Below, one piece after another: positions 10,196-18,847 of a stretch of DNA of 64,000 nt (positions are counted from its first letter, which is position 1; each line of letters begins with the position of its first letter). This DNA is from Gemmatimonadaceae bacterium (GTDB lineage: Bacteria > Gemmatimonadota > Gemmatimonadetes > Gemmatimonadales > Gemmatimonadaceae): contig JBJMOW010000004.1 of the NCBI GenBank assembly GCA_045803545.1, forward strand, positions 704,001 to 768,000, given 5' to 3'. The notes beneath the pieces were generated by a model, which saw only the letters and a list, made by a program, of their open reading frames with translations, was not told the origin of the DNA and did not search any database. Both the position numbers and the translations under genes were made by a program.

Positions 10196-10239
10196 TTTCT
10201 ACAGCTGTAGATTCTACATGTGTAGAAAGGGGGAGTCAA
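10196..10239 (-). promoter_or_regulatory. sigma70 promoter overlapped by two TACA-N2-TGTA BlaI/CopY operator boxes
   Basis: Minus strand TTGACT (10239-10234), 17 nt, TAGAAT (10216-10211); boxes TACAGCTGTA 10200-10209 and TACATGTGTA 10215-10224. Confidence 0.85.
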
Positions 10240-10270
10240 GAGGGAAATTGGACGGAGGGCTGTAAAGAGG

Positions 10271-10447
10271 ACTACCGCGCTGGTAGCTGATGGCAGCTGG
10301 CTGATAGCTGATGGCTGCCTGCTGACGGGACCGATCTCATCGCATACAGGCGAACTGAACGCGTTTCCTCTGACTCTATCGCGATCTGTCCCGTCGCTTG
10401 CAGCGATTAGCCATTAGCTAGCTGCCATCAGCTACCAGCGCGGTAGT
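10271..10447. repeat. About 177-bp palindromic element with heptamer-periodic arms (REP/MITE-like or structured RNA)
   Basis: Perfect 28-bp inverted repeat 10271-10298 / 10420-10447, extending inward imperfectly; arms built from GCTGATG-like 7-mers. Confidence 0.85.
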
Positions 10448-10470
10448 TCGCCTCTAGGTTGTCCTCCGCA

Positions 10471-11331
10471 CTACTTCGCCCCGTGCGCCACCTGCGTCGG
10501 AACGGTTAGCCCCTCTGCCTCGAGCCAATAGTAGAACTCATCGATCCAGTGATCGCTACTCTTGCCCTGCTTGTGCATGCCGAAGCCGTGGCCGCCCGAG
10601 GTATAGATGTGCGCCTCGGGCTTGTTGCCGGCGGCGATCAACGCGTCGTGGAAACGAGTCGCTGTCGCCAGCGCGACCGGATCGTCCTGTGCCCACGCCA
10701 TGAACACCGGCGGCAGGCCTTTCGGCACGACCGGCATTTTGCTGAACGGGCCACCATATAGTAGTGCCGCGAAGCTTGGCCGCGCTGCCGAATCGGGCTG
10801 GATCAGCGTGGCGCTGGCGACCATGGCGCCGGCAGAGAAGCCAAGGATGCCAAGTCGATATGGGTCGACACGCCATTCGCGGGCGTGCTGACGCACGACT
10901 TTGAGCGCCTGGATTCCGTCGGCCATTCCATAGCGACCCGCGGTGTCGAGGTCCAGACCGGCTGGAATTCCGTCGCTCTTCTTTTCGACGGTTCGATACT
11001 TGAGCACAAATGCCGCGATGCCGCGCTGCTGCAGCCATTTCGCGGCGTCAGTCGCCTCGAGACTAATCGCCAGCGCGAGGAAAGCGCCGCCGGGCGCGAT
11101 GATCACACCAGTGCCGGTCGCCTTGGCCGGATCAGGGAGGTACGCCGTGATCGTCGGAGTTACGACATCCATGATGACAGTACCGACCGGCGTGTTCTCG
11201 ATCGTGATTTCCTTTTGCTTCCAGCTCTCGGAGCCGGGCGCGACCCCCGGCCAGACATTTACCGTTTGAGCTGTCGCGAGCTCCGCCGCGCATACGAGCG
11301 CGACTGCGATTGAGATCAGATGTCGATGCAT
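10471..11331 (-). CDS. Secreted alpha/beta hydrolase (acetyl-xylan-esterase/BD-FAE-like)
   Basis: APGGAF oxyanion motif, GFSAG nucleophile, QDD, GGHGFG. Confidence 0.85.
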   Translation of the reverse strand: MHRHLISIAVALVCAAELATAQTVNVWPGVAPGSESWKQKEITIENTPVGTVIMDVVTPTITAYLPDPAKATGTGVIIAPGGAFLALAISLEATDAAKWLQQRGIAAFVLKYRTVEKKSDGIPAGLDLDTAGRYGMADGIQALKVVRQHAREWRVDPYRLGILGFSAGAMVASATLIQPDSAARPSFAALLYGGPFSKMPVVPKGLPPVFMAWAQDDPVALATATRFHDALIAAGNKPEAHIYTSGGHGFGMHKQGKSSDHWIDEFYYWLEAEGLTVPTQVAHGAK

Positions 11332-11356
11332 GATTTTCGGCGATAGTCGTTGATGG

Positions 11357-12166
11357 CTAGCGGAGCAACGTCGTCAGCCCGATCGGGGCGAGCGCGCGGA
11401 AGATTGTCGGGTGTGTGAGATCCGGTCGCGACGTATAGGTCCACGCAAATCCGCCACCCGATCGCAGCGCAGCGGCGAGCCGGTCGGTTTGGTTGTCGAT
11501 ATCATCGCGCGACGCCGCGACGTAGAGCGTGCGATTCGGCATGTGCCTGGCGCTCCGATGGGTAACGCCGCCACCTACCGTCGTTCCGAGCAGTGCCGGC
11601 GCTGAGTCAACGAGCGCGCCGTGATTCCACCACAGGCTCGGATCGAACGCGATGTAGTGGTCGAACAGCCTCGGCTCCCTCAAGAACGTCTCGACGACGA
11701 ACAATCCGGCGAGCGACTCGCCGATTATCCCGCGTTCCGGCGTCGTGCGATAACGCTTGTCGATTTCCGGAATCAGCTCGTCGCGAAAGAATTGCCTGAA
11801 CGCCGCCGATCCGCCGACGTGCGGCGCAATCGCACTGTCGCTATGCACTTTCGTCGGCCCGGTGAGGTCGCGACGTCGCTCAGTATTCGGCACGCCAACG
11901 ATGATCACCGGCCGGATCTCGCCAAGTGCGATCAGGGAGTCGACGGTGTTGACGATGTGGGGGAAATCTTCGTCGATGCCTCCGTCGGGCATGTAAAGCA
12001 CGGGGTACCGGGTAGATGTCGAGGCGTCGTAGCCTTTCGGCACGTGGACGTTGATGCGGCGAGCTTCGCTCAACGCGCGCGATGTGATCGACAGCGAATC
12101 GTATCGTGGGATCGAATCAGTGGCCTGCAGCGAGATCAGCAGGGCAAAAGAACAGAGAATCGGCAT
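11357..12166 (-). CDS. Putative esterase (IroE/Esterase family alpha/beta hydrolase)
   Basis: YPVLYMPDGG, RRRDLT, GESLAG, PSLWW motifs. Confidence 0.85.
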   Translation of the reverse strand: MPILCSFALLISLQATDSIPRYDSLSITSRALSEARRINVHVPKGYDASTSTRYPVLYMPDGGIDEDFPHIVNTVDSLIALGEIRPVIIVGVPNTERRRDLTGPTKVHSDSAIAPHVGGSAAFRQFFRDELIPEIDKRYRTTPERGIIGESLAGLFVVETFLREPRLFDHYIAFDPSLWWNHGALVDSAPALLGTTVGGGVTHRSARHMPNRTLYVAASRDDIDNQTDRLAAALRSGGGFAWTYTSRPDLTHPTIFRALAPIGLTTLLR

Positions 12167-12275
12167 TCACCAATTGTATACCAAATCTCCGACTCACGCT
12201 GCTGGGGTTCGGTACCAATCTCCGACCTATGCTGCCGGTTCGACCCGGGGGCCGCGCAAGAAAAGGAATGCGCCA

Positions 12276-13232
12276 CTAGTTACGGATCGCCTGGCTCGCC
12301 ATTCGGATCGCGGTATCGAGGGCGGCGCTCGCAGCGACCGCGATGTCCGGCTTCACGCCGACGCCTTCCCAGTTGGTCTTCGTGATCGGATTGATGGCGC
12401 GCCCGGTCGGAACGAACACGGTCAGGTTATTCGGAAGTTGAAATCCTCGGCCAGGATTCGCGCCGCCGCCGGTCGTCTCACCAACGATCGTCGCCCGCTT
12501 CCGCGTCTGCAGGTTGTACGCAAACTCCTCGGCGCCTGAAAAAGTCTTCGAGCTCGTGAGAACGTAGATCGGTTTGTCGGGACCGAATTTGCGACCGGCG
12601 ACGCGCGGATTCGTGTAGAAAGCATCGGTGCGGTTGGCGGGACGGAAGTAAAGCGAATTGAGGTGCACCGAGTCGTCGCCAAAGAGGTAGCTACTCACCA
12701 GCGCAACCGTGAAAGGTGATCCGCCGCCGTTCTTCCGCAGATCGAGAATCAAAGCTTTCGCGTCGGACGCCGCGCTCATGACCTGGGTCGCCTGCTCCTG
12801 CACTTCTTCAGGCGGAGCGCCGAAGCTCAGTATCTCGACGTAGGCGATGTCTCCCGGCAAGCGCTCGCTACGCCCGAAGATGTTCGCGCGCGATCCAAAG
12901 CTCCCCGCCGGTCCGCTCACCGGGTCGGAGGCGCGCATGCGCACGCGCAGATGCTTGTCGTGGCTGATCGCCTGCAGATCCTGCGTCAGGGTCTGCGCGA
13001 ATTCCGACGGGTCGCCGAGCTTGTCGAACTCGCCACGCTTGGCTCTCGCGTGAATGTCGGCGTCCATCCGTGTGGCGACGTCGGGGAAGACGTACATGCT
13101 ATTGAGATAGCTCGCGATCGAATCGATCACAGCCCCACGTTGTTCCGACGTCAGCGTTTGTTGCTGCGCGCCAATGCAGGATGCTGCTGCAAAGCCAACT
13201 ACACTGACGGAGACGAGGGCGCGACGAATCAT
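12276..13232 (-). CDS. S41 family peptidase (IRBP-like)
   Basis: ILDLRKNGGG, TFSGAEEF, GETTGGGA, WEGVGVKPD; start moved to MIRRAL. Confidence 0.9.
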   Translation of the reverse strand: MIRRALVSVSVVGFAAASCIGAQQQTLTSEQRGAVIDSIASYLNSMYVFPDVATRMDADIHARAKRGEFDKLGDPSEFAQTLTQDLQAISHDKHLRVRMRASDPVSGPAGSFGSRANIFGRSERLPGDIAYVEILSFGAPPEEVQEQATQVMSAASDAKALILDLRKNGGGSPFTVALVSSYLFGDDSVHLNSLYFRPANRTDAFYTNPRVAGRKFGPDKPIYVLTSSKTFSGAEEFAYNLQTRKRATIVGETTGGGANPGRGFQLPNNLTVFVPTGRAINPITKTNWEGVGVKPDIAVAASAALDTAIRMASQAIRN

Positions 13233-13306
13233 GGGATTCTCAGGTCCGGGGGGAACAGCATTTCGGATTATTGGACGCCCGCGTCGCGCGAAGGGTTGCC
13301 GAGGAG

Positions 13307-13714
13307 TTAGCGCGCCTCGCAGTTGATCATCCACGGAATTCCGAAGCGATCGACCACCATTCCGAAGCGTTCCGACCAGAACGTCTTTTCGATCGCGTAT
13401 ACCACTCGACCGCCTTCGGCGAGTTTTTCGTAGAGTCGCACAGCCTCGCGCGCAGTTGGCACGTTGAGAGAAAGCGAGAACCCTCTCGCTTCTTCGTAGC
13501 GGTCGGGGGGAACATCGGCGCCCTCGAGCAGGCATCCACCGATCTTCACGCTGCCGTGCATGATCTTTGTGTCCCAGCCGGGCGGCACGACGTCGGCCAT
13601 CGGCGAATCGGCGTAGCGGAACATCAGCCCCGGATTCGCGCCGAGTACTTCCTCATAAAACTTGAAGGCGACTTCGCAATCGCCTTTAAAGCTGACGTAA
13701 GTGTTCAGATCCAT
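13307..13714 (-). CDS. VOC/glyoxalase family protein (PhnB-like)
   Basis: IMHG...TFWSERFGMVVDRFGIPWMIN. Confidence 0.9.
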   Translation of the reverse strand: MDLNTYVSFKGDCEVAFKFYEEVLGANPGLMFRYADSPMADVVPPGWDTKIMHGSVKIGGCLLEGADVPPDRYEEARGFSLSLNVPTAREAVRLYEKLAEGGRVVYAIEKTFWSERFGMVVDRFGIPWMINCEAR

Positions 13715-13808
13715 TGGTAATGGGAGCTATTCCAACGGAAATCTTACCCTGAACACATGATAAGAAATAGACATCTCGTGATAAGAATTACACATATGGT
13801 CCGAGCGC

Positions 13809-15998
13809 TCAGTTTGCGTACTGTATACGCGCTTCTGTGGCGATCTGTTTGACTTTGTCAGTTATCGCCATCGCAGCTGCCGTGTCGCCTCGTCTCGACA
13901 AGGCTTCAGCGAGCACGGCACCGGACCAGACATAAGTGTTTGGGATATTCACGGACGCCCGATCGACCCAATCGCCCTCTTTCATTAGCGAGTCGGGCGC
14001 TCGATAGACCGAGGCCCACAGCGCCTTCGTACGATCGACGTCAACGAACAAACCTCCGAGCTTCGGCGTCGCCGGAGTGTCGGTAAGCGGATGCTCGACG
14101 AGCTTCTGCACAAACCCTTGCGTCAGGAGATACGGCTCCATGCCGAGTCCCTGTGCACCGCCGGCCGAGACGTAGATGCGGCGCTCAGGGAACGAGTCTC
14201 TGATCAATCGCAGCAATACCAGCTGATACCGCATCAAATAACTCGGCGGGATGTGCAGCGTGAGATCTCCCTTACGAAAAACCGCGGGTTGTCGGACCTC
14301 GATGTAATCGGGAATCGAATCGGCCTCGGCGTACGTCATCTTGAGTGGCGGTCCGGACGGTTTCTTCCATTCCTTGTCCCGATAGATGGCGGGGCCGTTC
14401 GCGGCGTCGTAGGTCTCGACAGGGCGACGTATCATCTGCCGAGCATACCAGTCACTGCCGAGGTACGTCGACACAGCAACTGTGACATCGCGGCGTACTC
14501 CTTCGACTTCCTGCGCGTACCAGAGTGGGAACGTGTCGTTGTCGCCGTTGGTGACAACGACCGCGTACGGTTCGACGGAGTTCAGATAGTCGTGCGCCCA
14601 CTGTTGCGTGAAGGTGTCGTTCGCGCGCGAAGCGAATTTCCAGTTGCTAACTAATGGAATGAGCGCAATCAGAAGAATCGGTGCTGCGAGTGCGAGCCCG
14701 CGCTGTGTCGGCCAGCCAGACGACGTGACTTTGCGGCGATGATTGCGTGTGCTGTCCTCTATCTGTGGAACGGCTTCGCCGCCGAGCAACAAAGCGAGCT
14801 GCTGCCACAGAAACGCGAGACCAATGGCAGCCCACACGCCCCACGCAGAGAAACTCCATATATAGAAGTAGTCGCGATCGCGAACTTCCCGATCGACGCT
14901 ATCTCCCAGCTCCTGACTCTGCGACCAGCCGTATTTGAAATTGAGATAGTAGATGAGTGCCAGCGTGATCGTGAACATCAGCGGACCGAAGTACCAGAAC
15001 GTCTTTCGATCTCTCTGGCAGTGTAGGTATCCGCCGAGCAGTCCGAGCGCGAGCAGAACGAACGCAAGTATGAACTGGACTCCGGGTGCTGCTTCGTGCG
15101 AGTCACGCAGCCACTGCCACTTGAAGTAGAGCCACCACATTCCGACCTGGGCGGTGAACGGCGCCTGTCGACCGATCTTCGGTGGATATTGTGCACGGTT
15201 GATGACGTCGACCCAGCGATTCCTGGTCAGCTTAGTGAAGGTGCAATTCGCTTCGAGTTTTGTGTCACACGCTGTCGGCGCGCCTTCGTTGATCGCGGGG
15301 AAGTACGCAGCACGGATCGGCTCGTATGCGAACGGCGTGAGGCCCAGCGTGAGCGCGCCGACGGATGCGAGCATCAGCTTCCAGCGCAGTAACGTCCGCC
15401 AGCGCGTCATCACAACGGCGAGGCCGGCGCCCGGCAATGCAAGAAACCCCGCCGGGTGATTCGCGTAGCCCAGCCCGATCAGAAATGCGGCGAGTACCAG
15501 CAGGCGATCTGCGCGCTTCGAGTTGGGGGTGTCCATCCAGCGCAAAATCAGCCACGTCGTAATGGTGAGAAAAAGGAGGGACACAGTATAGACCTTCTCG
15601 TTGACGACCGACTGATTCCAGACGGTAAACGCGGTCGCACCGAGCAGCGTAGCGAGTCCGGCGACAACTCGGCGCTGCCAGCGATCATCGATCCAGCTCG
15701 AGACGATGCGCTCAGTGATCAGGAACCAGAGGCCCGCCGAACATGCGCTGGCGAGCGCGGCCAGGATGTTGATCTTCGCGGCGTAGGAGACTGGGATGGG
15801 CAGTGATGCAAACGCGTGGGCGAGCAACATGAAAAACGGATTCCCCGGAGGATGGGGAATTCCGAGCACCTTCACCGCTGCCATGTATTCGCCTGTGTCC
15901 CACATTGCGACGGTAGGCGACAGCGTCAGCAGATAAAGAGTGAACACGAGTGCGGCCGCGATAGCAGCTGTGGCATGGCTTCCGTCTTTCGTCCGCAT
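13809..15998 (-). CDS. DUF2723 multi-pass membrane protein (TMEM260-like putative glycosyltransferase)
   Basis: WDTGEY...LGIPHPPGNP, EVRDRDYFY and GDNDTFPLWYAQEVEG motifs. Confidence 0.85.
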   Translation of the reverse strand: MRTKDGSHATAAIAAALVFTLYLLTLSPTVAMWDTGEYMAAVKVLGIPHPPGNPFFMLLAHAFASLPIPVSYAAKINILAALASACSAGLWFLITERIVSSWIDDRWQRRVVAGLATLLGATAFTVWNQSVVNEKVYTVSLLFLTITTWLILRWMDTPNSKRADRLLVLAAFLIGLGYANHPAGFLALPGAGLAVVMTRWRTLLRWKLMLASVGALTLGLTPFAYEPIRAAYFPAINEGAPTACDTKLEANCTFTKLTRNRWVDVINRAQYPPKIGRQAPFTAQVGMWWLYFKWQWLRDSHEAAPGVQFILAFVLLALGLLGGYLHCQRDRKTFWYFGPLMFTITLALIYYLNFKYGWSQSQELGDSVDREVRDRDYFYIWSFSAWGVWAAIGLAFLWQQLALLLGGEAVPQIEDSTRNHRRKVTSSGWPTQRGLALAAPILLIALIPLVSNWKFASRANDTFTQQWAHDYLNSVEPYAVVVTNGDNDTFPLWYAQEVEGVRRDVTVAVSTYLGSDWYARQMIRRPVETYDAANGPAIYRDKEWKKPSGPPLKMTYAEADSIPDYIEVRQPAVFRKGDLTLHIPPSYLMRYQLVLLRLIRDSFPERRIYVSAGGAQGLGMEPYLLTQGFVQKLVEHPLTDTPATPKLGGLFVDVDRTKALWASVYRAPDSLMKEGDWVDRASVNIPNTYVWSGAVLAEALSRRGDTAAAMAITDKVKQIATEARIQYAN

Positions 15999-16442
15999 CT
16001 ATTTCGCGCCCTTTCGCAGATCCTCGCAGGCAACTCCGTCCTTGTCGCCGTCGAGTCTGTTGGTGTCGTGGCCCACGCCGCCCGCCTTGTCGAAGAACGC
16101 TTGCGCCTCTGGCTGGGTCGAAAAATCCGTGCAGTTGTATTCGTCGGTGTATTTCGCACCCGCGGTGCCGTCCGGAACAACGTTGCCATTCTTGTCGCGC
16201 ATTACCCGTGTGACGATCTGGCCGTTGGCATCGCGCCTGATGTTGCCATTCTTGTCGCGCAGGATCTTCGCGTCCGATGGTGAGGATCCTTTCATGATCT
16301 TGCCCAGATCCCAGTCGTTGTTCGATAGCTCGAGACCAAATGCGCCTGCGAGAATCGTGAGTAAACCGATCAGAAGGGGTCTGATGATCTTCTTGGTGCC
16401 CTCGGAAGCGTTCGCGACGGGCGTGAACTTTGGCAGTGGCAT
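15999..16442 (-). CDS. Membrane-anchored excalibur Ca-binding domain protein
   Basis: YNCTDF...DTNRLDGDKDGVACE; one TM; RDxNG repeats; may extend upstream through a TAG (see findings). Confidence 0.8.
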   Translation of the reverse strand: MPLPKFTPVANASEGTKKIIRPLLIGLLTILAGAFGLELSNNDWDLGKIMKGSSPSDAKILRDKNGNIRRDANGQIVTRVMRDKNGNVVPDGTAGAKYTDEYNCTDFSTQPEAQAFFDKAGGVGHDTNRLDGDKDGVACEDLRKGAK

Positions 16443-16445
16443 CGT

Positions 16446-16538
16446 CTAGGACGCCGAGTAGAGGAGGTAGGCGACAATCAACGCCAGAAGGACGATCACC
16501 ACCAACCGGACTGTCTTGCTATCTCTTGGATTTGCCAT
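16446..16538 (-). CDS. 30-aa hydrophobic ORF in frame with the excalibur gene (small membrane protein or truncated N-terminus)
   Basis: MANPRDSKTVRLVVIVLLALIVAYLLYSAS* by hand translation. Confidence 0.5.
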   Translation of the reverse strand: MANPRDSKTVRLVVIVLLALIVAYLLYSAS

Positions 16539-16564
16539 GGGAGAAAGGGAACGAGGTGAGTGGC

Positions 16565-18847
16565 TCAAGCGCCCGGATGATACACCCGCTCAATATGCCC
16601 ACTAAGCTGTGAAGAATAGAAGTAAACGTCCCTGAGATTGCCAGTGCTGTAGCGGAGCGCCTCGTCGTTGAAGTGCGGCGAAGACGGATTGCCGCTCTCG
16701 CCGCCGGCTGTGATTGCTCTCGCACGCACGCTGTCGCCGAACTCGACGACCGCGACGAAGCTGTTGCCACTTGTCCCATACCACTTCTTCGTTCCGGGAT
16801 ACGGTCGAGCGGCGAACGACGCCAGCGATCCCCACCTCGATGAAGTAAACGGCACCGGGATGCTCGGCCCAGCGTCGTCGAACTTTGGAAAGATGTCGTC
16901 TGTGATGCGCTGGAATCGATTGATCTCGCCCCACGGAGTTTGCCACCGGCCGAAATCCTGTTCGAGTCGCGTTGTCGCGGCGGCCAATGACTGAAGTCGC
17001 TCCGCATCTGTCGCGCGTTCGATGACGTAGGTCTCCGGCGACATTGCAGCTCCACGCGGTTTGGCGCCGACGCGATTGAAGACATCCTCGCCCCAGAAGA
17101 CGGCGAGTGATGTCGGAATGGAATTGGTGCCCCAGCGATAGTCCCAGCTACGCAGCGAGTCGATCTGACCGGCGAGGCTCGACTTGAGTGGATCACTCGC
17201 GGGAAGTCGGTCGTAAGACTGGAGCAGTCCCGGAATCATCCGCGCAAAGGACGGCAGCCAGCTGTCGTACGCCGCCGAGATAAGGGACGCGATGGTGAAA
17301 TCTTTTTTGTCGGGAAGGATTTTCAGAGCGTGTCGCCCGCGCGGTGATTCCTCCGTACTCAGCTCCACGTAACGAGGAAAATTCTCGCGCTTCGGGCTAT
17401 TCGGCCCCGCCGCTGACCACGGCCAGTTGTTGCTGTTGTACACCCAGCCGTTGGGCGGATTGATGGCATTCGGAGATTGGTCGATCGACAGCACGCCGTG
17501 CCATTCGGTGCGCGGATCGGTGCCATCGACGGGATGAGTCCAGTCGAAGGAAGTGTCGCGCTTCGGAATGAAATTGGAATGGAAGTACGCGATGTCGCCG
17601 TCAGCATCGGCAAACAGCGTGTTGTTGGACGAATTGGTGTGCAGCTCCATCGCCTGCCGGAATGATTTGAGATTCCGCGCCTTCATTCTCGTGAACGACT
17701 GGATCAGCGCGTCGAGGGGTCGCTGCATCAGTCGAATGCTCACCCATTTTCCGTTTTGCTCGCGCACGATCGGACCGTGATGGGTGTGGAAGATCGTGAA
17801 ATTCTTTGGCGCCATTCCCTGCGGGGTCCGGTAGCGAATCACGACTTTGTCTTCCGTCACCGGTCGCTCGGTATTCCCATAGCGGTAGGTGAAGTGATCG
17901 CCCCTTCTGCTTACAGTCTCCAGATATTCGTCGATGTTGTCGGCACCGGTCGACGTGTGCATCCAGCCAGCGCGATCGTTGAAGCCCTGATAGACGAAGA
18001 ACTGTCCCCACGTCACGGCACCATAGGCATTCAGGCCCTGCTGACTGGTGACCTGAACTTCGGCGCGAAAGAAAAACGACGTGTGCGGATTGATCAGAAG
18101 CAGCGCGTGATGCGAAGCCGTATTGGAGGGCGCGATGGCGACGCCGTTGGAGCCTCTGTCGGGAGGTGAGAGGCGGGAGGTGAGAGGCGGAAGGTCGCGC
18201 GTCAAACGTCGCCTTTGCGGCGGCATTACCAGTCCTATGCCCCGCCTCCCGCCTCCCGCCTCTCGCTTCTCGTTTCCGTAGAACGCGGCGAGCTGAGTCA
18301 GATTCACTGACTCGATATCGGGTCCGATGCTTCCGTCGCTGAAGGCGAGGGGCATCCACGGCTCGAAGTGGGTGATGACTTTTGGCTTCACCTCGGGATG
18401 CTTGTAGAGGTAGAAGTTCAAGCCGTCCGCCCACGCGTTCATCACTGATTGAAGCCAACGCGGCGCCCGCGAGTAAATCGCTTTTAGCGAATCCGGATTG
18501 TTGATCAGCCGATATCTCAAATCGCGATAAATCGCGTCTTCGCCGTCCGACTCGGAGGCTCGGCCCAATGCGACTAAATAGTTGGTTTCGACGCGATTGA
18601 AGTCGTCCTCGGCCTGTGCGTAAAGAAGACCGAACACCGCGTCGGCGTCGGTCTTTCCCGAGATGTGTGGAATTCCCCAATCGTCGCGGGTGATCATCAC
18701 GTTCTGCGCTTCGCGCGACCAGCGGGTCAGAACATTCCGCGAAGGAGACGCTGGAGGAGTTTGCGCGGCGGCGGTCGAAGCGGATGCCGCGCAGAGGAGA
18801 ACGAGTTTGGCGAAAGGCTTGGTCACCCGCGAAGGATAACTACTCAC
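16565..18847 (-). CDS. Penicillin acylase family Ntn-hydrolase
   Basis: RDDWGIPHI, YAQAED, GSNG beta-chain N-terminal Ser, LLINPH; start may be GTG 18826. Confidence 0.92.
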   Translation of the reverse strand: MSSYPSRVTKPFAKLVLLCAASASTAAAQTPPASPSRNVLTRWSREAQNVMITRDDWGIPHISGKTDADAVFGLLYAQAEDDFNRVETNYLVALGRASESDGEDAIYRDLRYRLINNPDSLKAIYSRAPRWLQSVMNAWADGLNFYLYKHPEVKPKVITHFEPWMPLAFSDGSIGPDIESVNLTQLAAFYGNEKREAGGGRRGIGLVMPPQRRRLTRDLPPLTSRLSPPDRGSNGVAIAPSNTASHHALLLINPHTSFFFRAEVQVTSQQGLNAYGAVTWGQFFVYQGFNDRAGWMHTSTGADNIDEYLETVSRRGDHFTYRYGNTERPVTEDKVVIRYRTPQGMAPKNFTIFHTHHGPIVREQNGKWVSIRLMQRPLDALIQSFTRMKARNLKSFRQAMELHTNSSNNTLFADADGDIAYFHSNFIPKRDTSFDWTHPVDGTDPRTEWHGVLSIDQSPNAINPPNGWVYNSNNWPWSAAGPNSPKRENFPRYVELSTEESPRGRHALKILPDKKDFTIASLISAAYDSWLPSFARMIPGLLQSYDRLPASDPLKSSLAGQIDSLRSWDYRWGTNSIPTSLAVFWGEDVFNRVGAKPRGAAMSPETYVIERATDAERLQSLAAATTRLEQDFGRWQTPWGEINRFQRITDDIFPKFDDAGPSIPVPFTSSRWGSLASFAARPYPGTKKWYGTSGNSFVAVVEFGDSVRARAITAGGESGNPSSPHFNDEALRYSTGNLRDVYFYSSQLSGHIERVYHPGA
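18161..18275. repeat. Inverted pair of degenerate heptamer arrays in the acylase spacer region
   Basis: GGGAGGT/GAGAGGC-type x5 (18161-18195) opposite CCCGCCT-type x5 (18241-18275). Confidence 0.8.

Noticed and set aside
12225..12275. tRNA-like GGTTCGA...CCA segment
   Set aside because: The T-arm geometry is non-canonical and I could not build D, anticodon or acceptor stems.
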